Shown here: piece by piece, positions 43,363 through 51,917 of the stretch
How the letters are laid out: every line of letters begins with the position of its first letter
Position numbering within the stretch: the stretch's first letter is position 1
Notes under the pieces: model-generated
Told to the model about the DNA's origin: nothing
Databases searched by the model: none
The model's input: only the letters and a program-made list of their open reading frames with translations
Program-made: the position numbers and the translations under genes
DNA from: a marine bacterium B5-7
Lineage (GTDB): Bacteria > Pseudomonadota > Gammaproteobacteria > Arenicellales > CAJQKF01
Direction: 5' to 3'
DNA: 64,000 nt
NCBI GenBank assembly: GCA_021604525.1
Contig: BQJD01000014.1
Coordinates: 4,256 to 68,255, forward strand

Positions 43363-44541
43363 ATGGCCATCATCAAGATGACAGATCTCGATCTGAACGG
43401 GCAGCGGGTGCTGATTCGCGAAGATCTGAACGTGCCGATCAAGGATGGTGAGGTAACCAGCGATGTGCGAATTCGTGCCGCCTTGCCAAGCATACGTCAG
43501 GCCCTCGACGCAGGTGCGCGAGTGATGCTCATGTCTCATCTCGGCAGACCTGATGAGGGAGAATATGACGAGGACCTGTCTCTGGCGCCGGTGGCGGCAC
43601 ACCTGTCAGATCTGCTCGGTGTGGAGGTGCGTTTTACCCGTGATTGGCTGAACGGCGTCGAACTCAACGATGGCGAAGTGGTGATGTGCGAAAACGTTCG
43701 CTTCAACATCGGTGAGAAAGCGAATGATGAGGCACTCAGCCGTCAGATGGCGGCGCTTTGCGATGTGTTTGTCATGGATGCCTTTGGAACCGCCCATCGT
43801 GCTCAGGCATCCACTCACGGCGTGGCCCGCTTCGCGCCGGTTGCCTGTGCCGGACCGTTACTTGCCAATGAGTTGGAGGCTCTTGGAAAGGCGCTCGATA
43901 ATCCTGCCCGACCCTTGGTGGCCATTGTCGGCGGTTCCAAGGTATCCACCAAATTGACGGTTCTTGAAAGCCTGTCAACGGTCGTCGATCAGCTCATCGT
44001 AGGCGGTGGTATTGCCAACACGTTTATTGCTGCAGCGGGTTATTCGGTTGGTAAATCATTATACGAACCCGATCTCGTCGACGAGGCCCGTCGTCTTAGT
44101 GAGCAGGCTAAAGCGCGTGGTGGTGATATACCCGTGCCGGTGGATGTGGTGACTGCAAAATCGTTCGACGAATCAGCCGAGGCGACCCAAAAACGGGTGG
44201 ATCAAGTCGCAGATGATGACTTGATACTCGATATCGGCCCACAAACGGCTGAACAGTTTGCCGCTATCCTGGTCACTGCCGGTACTATTGTCTGGAACGG
44301 CCCGGTCGGCGTATTCGAGATCGAACAATTCAGCGAAGGAACGCGGCGGCTGGCGGCGGCAATTGCAGAGAGCCCGGCATTCTCCATCGCTGGAGGTGGC
44401 GACACCCTGGCGGCGCTGGATCGTTTCAGAATCGCCGATCGCATTTCCTGTATATCAACCGGTGGCGGAGCTTTTCTCGAGTTTCTCGAAGGCAAGGAAC
44501 TGCCCGCTGTCGCCATACTTAAAGAACGCGGCACGGGCTGA
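43363..44541 (+). CDS. pgk: Phosphoglycerate kinase
   Basis: Contains [18 protein letters not shown] and GGGDT motifs. The start is trimmed from 43309 to the ATG at 43363. Confidence 0.95.
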   Translation: MAIIKMTDLDLNGQRVLIREDLNVPIKDGEVTSDVRIRAALPSIRQALDAGARVMLMSHLGRPDEGEYDEDLSLAPVAAHLSDLLGVEVRFTRDWLNGVELNDGEVVMCENVRFNIGEKANDEALSRQMAALCDVFVMDAFGTAHRAQASTHGVARFAPVACAGPLLANELEALGKALDNPARPLVAIVGGSKVSTKLTVLESLSTVVDQLIVGGGIANTFIAAAGYSVGKSLYEPDLVDEARRLSEQAKARGGDIPVPVDVVTAKSFDESAEATQKRVDQVADDDLILDIGPQTAEQFAAILVTAGTIVWNGPVGVFEIEQFSEGTRRLAAAIAESPAFSIAGGGDTLAALDRFRIADRISCISTGGGAFLEFLEGKELPAVAILKERGTG

Positions 44542-44601
44542 ATTCTGTCGTGCCAATCACTAATTTAATATTACTTTCAAGATTTCCACGAGGCTGACCC
44601 A

Positions 44602-45666
44602 ATGGCACTGATTTCCCTTCGACAATTGCTTGATCATGCGGCTGAGAACGACTACGGATGCCCGGCGTTCAACGTCAATAATCTGGAACAGATGCGCGCC
44701 ATCATGGAGGCTGCGGACGAGACCCAAAGTCCCGTCATCGTTCAGGCCTCGGCGGGCGCACGTTCCTATGCAGGCGCACCGTTTTTAAGGCATTTGATCG
44801 AGGCCGCTATTGAAGAATGGCCACATATCCCGGTGTGTATGCACCAGGATCATGGCGCATCGCCAGGTGTCTGCCAACGATCCATTCAACTCGGTTTCTC
44901 CTCAGTGATGATGGATGGCTCGCTGGGTGAAGACATGAAAACGCCGATGGACTATGACTATAACGCCTCGATCACCCGACGCGTGGTGGACATGGCTCAT
45001 GCCTGTGGCGTCTCGGTGGAAGGAGAACTGGGCTGTCTCGGTTCACTAGAAACTGGTGAAGCAGGTGAAGAGGACGGCTCGGGCGCTGAAGGCAAGCTCA
45101 GCCACGATCAACTATTGACCGACCCGGAGGAGGCCGCGCAATTTGTTGCCGATACCCAGGTTGATGCGCTTGCCATTGCAATTGGCACCAGCCATGGTGC
45201 TTATAAGTTCAGCCGGCCGCCGACAGGCGACATCCTCGCAATCGAGCGGATCAAGGAAATCCACGCGAGGATTCCTGACACCCATTTGGTGATGCATGGT
45301 TCAAGCTCGGTTCCACAGGATTGGCTAGCCATCATCAATGAATATGGCGGCGATATGGGTGAGACTTATGGCGTACCTGTTGAAGAAATCGTCGAAGGTA
45401 TAAAACACGGTGTCCGCAAGGTGAACATCGATACTGACCTGCGCATGGCGTCCACCGGTGCGATTCGTAAACATTTGCAGGAAAATCCAGCTAACTTTGA
45501 TCCAAGAAAATATCTTGCTGCCGCCACAGCCGCAATGAAGCAGATTTGCAAGGAGCGTTACGAAGCATTTTCGACTGCCGGTCAGGCGCCGAAACTACGT
45601 GCCTTGAGTCTTGAAGCGATGACCTCACGCTATGCCAGTGGTGAACTCGATCCAAAAGTAAATTGA
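44602..45666 (+). CDS. fba: Class II fructose-bisphosphate aldolase (Calvin-cycle/CbbA type)
   Basis: 354 aa with [30 protein letters not shown] and VMHGSSSVP. Confidence 0.94.
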   Translation: MALISLRQLLDHAAENDYGCPAFNVNNLEQMRAIMEAADETQSPVIVQASAGARSYAGAPFLRHLIEAAIEEWPHIPVCMHQDHGASPGVCQRSIQLGFSSVMMDGSLGEDMKTPMDYDYNASITRRVVDMAHACGVSVEGELGCLGSLETGEAGEEDGSGAEGKLSHDQLLTDPEEAAQFVADTQVDALAIAIGTSHGAYKFSRPPTGDILAIERIKEIHARIPDTHLVMHGSSSVPQDWLAIINEYGGDMGETYGVPVEEIVEGIKHGVRKVNIDTDLRMASTGAIRKHLQENPANFDPRKYLAAATAAMKQICKERYEAFSTAGQAPKLRALSLEAMTSRYASGELDPKVN

Positions 45667-45819
45667 CGTTTTGTATCCACTGACATACCGGCCAGATCTG
45701 TCTGTTTGCAACCAGAGTTCCAATGGTTCGTTAGTCGGGGCAGGTGATTATTCGGGTCAGTATCCCGGCATCTGACCAGTGTCATCACATCGATAGATTT
45801 TGTAGCGTAGGCTGTCGAT

Positions 45820-47346
45820 GTGATGACCGAGACAAGCGATATCTTTTTAAACGGGGACCGACTTGATTTAACCGGTTTTGATGAGTCCGGTAAGACTGCA
45901 CAGTGGACTGAAACACACATCTCATGGGTGGTTCTAACAGATCGCCACGCCTTCAAGATCAAGAAACCGGTACGTTTCGGATTCCTTGATTTCTCAACCC
46001 TCGATAAGCGTAAAAATTTCTGCGAACGCGAATTTTCACTCAACTCGGTATTCAGCCCCGAGCTTTACCTGGGTGTCGTTTCGTTGTCCAGCGTCAACGA
46101 GAAAATCAGGCTCACGCAATCAGGCGAAGAACCGGTTGAATATGCGGTCAAGATGAAACGCTTCGATTCCAATGCGCTTTATCGGACGAGAATAGAAAAT
46201 AACCGATTAACGCTCGCAGAGCTTGAATCACTCGCCGAAGCCGTCGCAGGGATACATCGCCTAACCGCGGCCGCTGACCCAGAGAGTGACTTCGGTACAC
46301 TGGAACGATTCATCTACTGGAACAATGAAAACTTCGATGCAATACGCGAGCGTATAGACGACGATAAATCCTTATCGAGAGTCATGGGGCTGCAAGCCTT
46401 CATGAATGATTTTATTCACAACAATGAATCACTACTCAAAGCGCGAAAAGACGACGGGTTCATACGGGATTGCCACGGTGATCTGCATCTCGGTAATGTG
46501 ATTTGGTCACACGGCCAGGCAAGACTGTTTGATCGAATAGAGTTCAATGATGAACTTCGATTTATTGATGTGATCAACGACATTGCATTCACAGTGATGG
46601 ATCTTTTTTACTATCGCCGGTCTGATCTCGCCTGGCAATTTTTGAATCGATATCTTCGCCAGACAGGTGACTATGCGGGTATTCTGCTGGTGGGCATGTA
46701 TGGCGCCTATCGCGCATTGGTACGTGCCAAGGTTACATTGCTTACAAATGATCAAGATAACGGCACGACAGGCATCCCGCCAGATTTTTTGCGGCATCTG
46801 GACATCGCCGAAAAGATGATCCGATGTGGCGATTCTGGCGCCTCTCATGTCACGCTTACAATAACCTGCGGATTGTCCGGATCGGGTAAAAGTTATTGTG
46901 CCGGGCGATTGTCCGGTGAATGGGGCGCGGTCATTGTTCAATCTGATGTTGAGCGCAAACGAATGGCCGGACTCGATGCAAGGGAGCCGGGCAAAGATCG
47001 GATCACAGAAGGGCTGTATAGCCGACAATCAAGCGATAACGTATACCAAAAGCTGATTACGATCGCCGATCAAGTGTTGGCTGACGGTTACCCGGTCATT
47101 GTCGATGCAGCGTTTCTGCGGCGATCTGATCGGGATCGATTTCGTTCGTTAGCTGCCAGGCATAAAGTTCCTTTCAGTATTCTTTTTTGCCAGGCATCGC
47201 CGGAAACGTTGCGGCAACGAATTATCGACCGCACCGGCAAGGGTGATCCATCTGATGCCACCATCGAGGTGTTGGAACACCAGCTAATCACTGCCGAATT
47301 ACCGGCAGAGGATGAGGCGGTTTATATCGACATGCGCTGTAACTGA
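45820..47346 (+). CDS. Fusion of an aminoglycoside-phosphotransferase-like kinase domain and a P-loop (AAA_33-like) kinase domain
   Basis: 508 aa. The N-half has the APH-type catalytic motif DCHGDLHLGNVIW and the C-half has Walker A GLSGSGKS. The GTG start is uncertain. Confidence 0.72.
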   Translation: MMTETSDIFLNGDRLDLTGFDESGKTAQWTETHISWVVLTDRHAFKIKKPVRFGFLDFSTLDKRKNFCEREFSLNSVFSPELYLGVVSLSSVNEKIRLTQSGEEPVEYAVKMKRFDSNALYRTRIENNRLTLAELESLAEAVAGIHRLTAAADPESDFGTLERFIYWNNENFDAIRERIDDDKSLSRVMGLQAFMNDFIHNNESLLKARKDDGFIRDCHGDLHLGNVIWSHGQARLFDRIEFNDELRFIDVINDIAFTVMDLFYYRRSDLAWQFLNRYLRQTGDYAGILLVGMYGAYRALVRAKVTLLTNDQDNGTTGIPPDFLRHLDIAEKMIRCGDSGASHVTLTITCGLSGSGKSYCAGRLSGEWGAVIVQSDVERKRMAGLDAREPGKDRITEGLYSRQSSDNVYQKLITIADQVLADGYPVIVDAAFLRRSDRDRFRSLAARHKVPFSILFCQASPETLRQRIIDRTGKGDPSDATIEVLEHQLITAELPAEDEAVYIDMRCN

Positions 47347-47491
47347 GGAATGTTCAGGTTCTATGATTCAGGGCTTAACAAGTCCAAATGGGTAGCATGT
47401 TCACCAATGGTGATATGGTAAATAAGTATTAAATAATATATTAATGATTCTTCGGTTCCAGTTCAGTTTCAATTACCCGGGAGAATTTCTC

Positions 47492-48073
47492 ATGAAGCGA
47501 AACCATTTAATTCCAATCCTCGTCAGTCTGGGGCTATTTGTGGCTCCCACCTTGAGTATTGCTCAAACGGATTCAATAGCCGGGCAAATGCCGGGCGGTT
47601 ATGATTTTTCTGCATTGTCGCAAATGTTTGCCGTGCCCCAAGGCGTACCACAACTCAACATGTCGACACCGAACGGTATGGCCGCGTTCATGAACCCGAC
47701 GCTATACGCGCAGATGATGAATCCGGCATTCTATACACAGATGATGTCACCAGGCTTTTATACCCAATTCATGAATCCGCAAAACTGGATGTCATGGTTT
47801 AATCCATCTGCTTATTCATCGTGGGTAGATTCGGCAACGTATCTGCAGGCGATGAATCCGATGTCCTATATGCAATTCATGAATCCCCTGACTTACTTGC
47901 AGTGGGCTAACCTCAACAATTACATGGGCTATGTGAATCCATCGACTTACACGCAGTGGCTGAATCCGGGCGCCTATCAATTTGGCAACACGTCAACGTC
48001 AACCGGTCAGGCTACCGACGCCAACTGGTTTGATCCCGCGGCCTGGTCTAAAGAAGTCGAAAAGACGGAATAG
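47492..48073 (+). CDS. Secreted nonapeptide-repeat protein (NPxxY repeats), unknown function
   Basis: GGGAGA RBS 7 nt upstream of the ATG. Sec signal peptide MKRNHLIPILVSLGLFVAPTLSIAQ, then 11 tandem 9-aa repeats. Paralogous to the ORFs at 57408 and 58067. Confidence 0.8.
   Translation: MKRNHLIPILVSLGLFVAPTLSIAQTDSIAGQMPGGYDFSALSQMFAVPQGVPQLNMSTPNGMAAFMNPTLYAQMMNPAFYTQMMSPGFYTQFMNPQNWMSWFNPSAYSSWVDSATYLQAMNPMSYMQFMNPLTYLQWANLNNYMGYVNPSTYTQWLNPGAYQFGNTSTSTGQATDANWFDPAAWSKEVEKTE
47687..47983 (+). repeat. 11 tandem 27-nt (9-codon) coding repeats, consensus [FMW]-M-N-P-x-x-Y-x-Q
   Basis: Read directly: FMNPTLYAQ MMNPAFYTQ MMSPGFYTQ FMNPQNWMS WFNPSAYSS WVDSATYLQ AMNPMSYMQ FMNPLTYLQ WANLNNYMG YVNPSTYTQ WLNPGAYQF. 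Confidence 0.9.
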
Positions 48074-48173
48074 CCAGGTATCTTCATTCTTGCGCAAAGG
48101 GGGTGCTTTCAGTTGCTGCTCTTTATGTTCTTATGGAAATGATTACACGTAAAATTCTAAGGAGGCATTCGTA

Positions 48174-48557
48174 ATGTATGGATTTTTTAAGACGTTAGAC
48201 GGTACCGTAGACGACGTCAAAGCGGCGGTGGTCAATGCACTCGCTGAAGAAGGCTTTGGCGTGTTATCCGAGATTGATGTTAAAGCGACTCTTAAAAAGA
48301 AGCTCGGTATTGATCGGCTCCCATATATTATTCTCGGTGCCTGCCAACCTGCCTTGGCGAATCAGGCAATCGAAGCGGAACCTGACATCGGTCTGCTTCT
48401 GCCCTGTAACGTGCTTGTACGGGAGGAAGTTGACGGTAGCGTATCGGTAGGGTTTATCGATCCTGAAGCCATGCTCAGTGTGACCGGTCGCGACGACCTG
48501 AAGCCGTTCGCGAATGAAGTGCGAAATCTCCTCGAACGGGTTCGTGACAGGCTTTAA
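48174..48557 (+). CDS. DUF302 domain protein (no signal peptide)
   Basis: 127 aa. GFGVLSEIDVKATLKKKLG...YIILGACQPALANQAI...LLPCNVLVRE matches my recollection of the DUF302 pattern. Confidence 0.78.
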   Translation: MYGFFKTLDGTVDDVKAAVVNALAEEGFGVLSEIDVKATLKKKLGIDRLPYIILGACQPALANQAIEAEPDIGLLLPCNVLVREEVDGSVSVGFIDPEAMLSVTGRDDLKPFANEVRNLLERVRDRL

Positions 48558-48616
48558 AGTCGTCGTGATCTGTATTGCAGTGGTAATGAAATTGTTGCCA
48601 GGAAAATCATGACGTC

Positions 48617-49195
48617 ATGCAACTTGAAGAGGTCAAACCCGGGAGTTTTATTTACCGCCGTCGACAGGCGCTGGAAAACAATTTTTGTGATGATGTTGTT
48701 GCACGATTCGAGCATGCTGTGGACGAACAATATCCTGGACGAATTGGCCAGGATCAACAGAGCCATGCCGACATCAAGAAAACGGTTGATCTTCGGGTAT
48801 CCGGTAAACCGCAGTGGGCGGATGTCGATTCGACGCTGTTTGAATCGTTGCGGAATTCGTTGTCAGAAGTTTGCGCGGTACATCCGTTTTTCTCAAGCAA
48901 TTCATTCAAGGATCATGGATACAATCTGCAGCGATACAGGGCAGGTGAATATTATCGCTGGCATGTAGATGCCGGCCCCGGGCCTTTCAGTCAGAGACAG
49001 CTCGTCGCCATCTGGTATCTCAATAATGTCGATGGACCAGGCGGTGAAACCGAGTTTGCGTTTCAGGATATCAAGATTAAGCCAACTGCCGGCGACCTGC
49101 TGTTATTCCCGCCGTTCTGGACCCATGTTCACCGCTCAATCGAGCTTCAAGCGGGTAGTAAGTATATTGCCACGACCTGGGTATGTTTTAGCTGA
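48617..49195 (+). CDS. 2OG-Fe(II) oxygenase, prolyl-4-hydroxylase-like
   Basis: 192 aa with the HxD facial triad WHVDAG, distal His in FWTHVHRS and a basic 2OG-binding residue in SKYIATTW. Confidence 0.78.
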   Translation: MQLEEVKPGSFIYRRRQALENNFCDDVVARFEHAVDEQYPGRIGQDQQSHADIKKTVDLRVSGKPQWADVDSTLFESLRNSLSEVCAVHPFFSSNSFKDHGYNLQRYRAGEYYRWHVDAGPGPFSQRQLVAIWYLNNVDGPGGETEFAFQDIKIKPTAGDLLLFPPFWTHVHRSIELQAGSKYIATTWVCFS

Positions 49196-49287
49196 TGATT
49201 ATTGTGAACCATATCGCTATGATGCTGATCGCAACTTGAGAAGTTTGCGCGGTACCCATCCGGTTAACAATTTCTGATTTGAAATCG

Positions 49288-49719
49288 CTACCGTCTCCGG
49301 GAATGCAGTGCCGCAACTTCATGGATAATGATGCCATAGGGGAGATCCTTTAAGCTGCCGAAGTGTTCCTCGGCAAGGCTGGTCAGTTCGTTCACGTCGT
49401 TAATCGCAGCGTGCCCCGTATCTTCAATAATTATTCGCAGACCATTTAACGCCCCCATCTCATAGCGAAAGCGCTGCGCAAATGACATGGTGTCGATATC
49501 TATTCTGCCGTGGTTGAGAAACCGGCCCTTATCAATAACGGTCTCGAGAAGCTCACGACAACGTTGTAAGCAGTAGCTGTTATCGCAGTTAATCTCTTCA
49601 CGTTCAGCGATGATCGCGCGTTCAGCATGCAGGCATTGAAAGCGTCTGGCTTTAAGTGCTCTCTCGAAGACGCAGATTCTGGCGGCCGGGTTGCCGACAG
49701 ATTCCGATTTGTCATTCAT
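49288..49719 (-). CDS. Hypothetical protein with a Cys-rich N-terminal half
   Basis: 143-aa ORF with balanced composition and five Cys in the first 55 residues. No recognised motif. Confidence 0.45.
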   Translation of the reverse strand: MNDKSESVGNPAARICVFERALKARRFQCLHAERAIIAEREEINCDNSYCLQRCRELLETVIDKGRFLNHGRIDIDTMSFAQRFRYEMGALNGLRIIIEDTGHAAINDVNELTSLAEEHFGSLKDLPYGIIIHEVAALHSRRR

Positions 49720-49857
49720 TGCCGTTAGCTATCAGAGCGTGCTGTCGTATTGCCAGCTAAATTGTGATTCGAAACTTGAGGTATCATCATGCGGTGGTGC
49801 GATAGTGGTTGGCGGGTGAATATATTGGAGCACAATGCCTTGGGAACGCAAAATTTA

Positions 49858-50073
49858 TTAGTCGTCTTCTGAAGGAATACGTTCACGACGAGTCCGGAGT
49901 AGCACTTCGGCGTGTTCCTCGTCGTTGGCAAAAACCATTTTGTATTCGATGATGTCGGACGATTCATCCAGGCGTTGCAAGCGTACCTGTCCTCGCGCTT
50001 CACGATAATCATCATGGTGACCAAGACAGTGGTATTCGCGATGATTGTTGATCTGGAAAACGAAGTAGGGCAT
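49858..50073 (-). CDS. Small hypothetical protein (71 aa), His/acidic-rich
   Basis: ORF with a plausible GGAG upstream. Its ATG shares the CATG tetranucleotide with a plus-strand ATG. Confidence 0.4.
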   Translation of the reverse strand: MPYFVFQINNHREYHCLGHHDDYREARGQVRLQRLDESSDIIEYKMVFANDEEHAEVLLRTRRERIPSEDD

Positions 50074-50104
50074 GTTATTTTCAAACTCCGTGCGGAGACA
50101 TTAC

Positions 50105-50440
50105 ATGAACGATAGCGAATCTGCTGCAAACGACGGCAACCGTACCGAGCGGCGTGTGTTGAGTGTCATGAGAGATATTTTAACGCGTGTTGCGCGAGAG
50201 ACCGCCACAACTCCGGGTACACGCCATGTTTTAACGGATGAAACCATAGAACAGATTCGCCATTGTCTGTCCCTCATCAGTGCCCGGGAAATGGAACTTG
50301 CAAAAGACCCTGACGAGATTTCTGCCAACAGGCCTCGTTATCCAGGACAGACGAGCCGTCGCGACAAAGTCCGGCTGAGCATTCAATCAATTACTGGCCA
50401 GTCTGGCAGTTCTGACAAGGATGATTCATCAGAGCAATAG
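50105..50440 (+). CDS. Hypothetical protein (111 aa)
   Basis: GGAGA RBS 6 nt upstream of the ATG at 50105. Hydrophilic, no recognised motif. Divergent from the 71-aa ORF with only 31 bp between the starts. Confidence 0.45.
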   Translation: MNDSESAANDGNRTERRVLSVMRDILTRVARETATTPGTRHVLTDETIEQIRHCLSLISAREMELAKDPDEISANRPRYPGQTSRRDKVRLSIQSITGQSGSSDKDDSSEQ

Positions 50441-50563
50441 ACAAACCATTCCATGATCTCATGCCGCGCTGTTCATCCGTTGAATCTTATATTGTATGGA
50501 TTGATACGGCCGACCGATTGAGTATGTGGCTTGCTAATTTGATCGGTAATGCCGTCTATCGAA

Positions 50564-51043
50564 TCAAATAAACAACGATACATCTGACTCGCCGGCATGT
50601 TCGAAGTAGGTTGCAGCGCCACCCAGCTCGATCTCGTCGATGAAGTCGCTTCGTTTCATATCAAACAGATCAATAGTCATCTGGCAGCCGATCAACTTCA
50701 CATCGGCTTCGATGCACAAGGACCTCAAATCTTCGATAGAAGCAACACCCTTGCTTTTTATCTTGTTCTTCATCATTGAAGTCATCATGGTTTCCATACC
50801 TGGAAGGGCGGTACCGAGAACCGGAAACCATTTATCCATCCCAAGCGGCATGGGCATGCCCGGGTTCCCCAAGGGACTCACTTTAAGATTCAGTTTTTTT
50901 CGTAGTAATTGTAGTCCGTAAAAGGTAAAAAACATGGTCGTTTCATACCCCAATGCCGCGGCAGTCGATGCGAGAATGAAAGGCGGGTAGGCCCAGTCGA
51001 GCGTGCCTTTGGTTGCGATTATCGTAAGTTTTTTCTGATTCAT
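50564..51043 (-). CDS. DsrE/DsrF-like sulfur-relay family protein (soluble, DsrE3-like)
   Basis: Begins MNQKKLTIIATKGTLDWAYPPFILASTAAALG. GGAGA RBS upstream of the ATG at 51043. Immediately downstream of tusA. Confidence 0.78.
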   Translation of the reverse strand: MNQKKLTIIATKGTLDWAYPPFILASTAAALGYETTMFFTFYGLQLLRKKLNLKVSPLGNPGMPMPLGMDKWFPVLGTALPGMETMMTSMMKNKIKSKGVASIEDLRSLCIEADVKLIGCQMTIDLFDMKRSDFIDEIELGGAATYFEHAGESDVSLFI

Positions 51044-51086
51044 GGAAGTATCTCCAGCGACCATGGAGGTCGCACCGGTAAAGTCT

Positions 51087-51320
51087 TCAGGCAGACTTCT
51101 TCATCAGGAAATGAAATTCACCATTGGCTTCTGTGGATTCCATTAACTCATTCCCTGTCTGGTTAGCGAATGCTTCAAAGTCTTTTACCGAACCTGGGTC
51201 GGTTGCGATGATCTTCAGAACCTGTCCACCTTCAAGACCATTCAGTGCCTTTTTTGCGCGCAGAATGGGTAGTGGGCAGTTCAATCCACGTGCGTCGAGT
51301 TCTTGATCAAAATCAGCCAT
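51087..51320 (-). CDS. tusA: TusA/SirA-family sulfurtransferase
   Basis: 77 aa with LDARGLNCPLPILRAKKAL (CPxP active-site Cys). Confidence 0.88.
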   Translation of the reverse strand: MADFDQELDARGLNCPLPILRAKKALNGLEGGQVLKIIATDPGSVKDFEAFANQTGNELMESTEANGEFHFLMKKSA

Positions 51321-51917
51321 CTTGTGTTATCTCCAGCAAAAGAATATGTGATTATATTGTGCGTCGCGAAGCTATCGAGTTGTCGATTACGCTACGCGTC
51401 TGGTGGTTGTAAATTCTATTGTTAATCCTGTTCACGACTACTATCAAGCAGCCGACATCATCGATTTAAAGCGATATTCGGCATGGATGATTCCATTGCC
51501 AGTTTCGCTCAATCTCAGGCATTGTAAGACCATATTAGAAAATTATCAAATTGTAATTAACCAGTGAAGGGCCAGCCATTCCAGGATTAAAGTGCGTCTA
51601 TAAAAATGAGCTGTAAAATTCATTTCACCTGGCGTTTTCAGTCAGATTAACGAAAGAATGTGCCGAATTATTGTCAAATGATAATGTTACCTCAGCACCC
51701 ATTGCAGACAATTTCAGATGTATTATTGCGGGTGTCCCTCTCAAGCAGGTGACCATTAGTGTTCTAATTCGTCACTTGCTGGCATCAGCCGTCTGCGAGG
51801 GTCGGGCAACGATACCATCCGGTCTACCTGATAACGTTCAGATAAGTTACCAGGCCTTAATAGTGCCGGACTTTAGGAAAATATCAGAAACTCATATACA
51901 AACCCACGATTTTATCG

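Noticed and set aside
46507-47028. 173-aa minus-strand ORF
   Set aside because: It is antisense to the APH/P-loop kinase fusion, whose motifs are on the plus strand.
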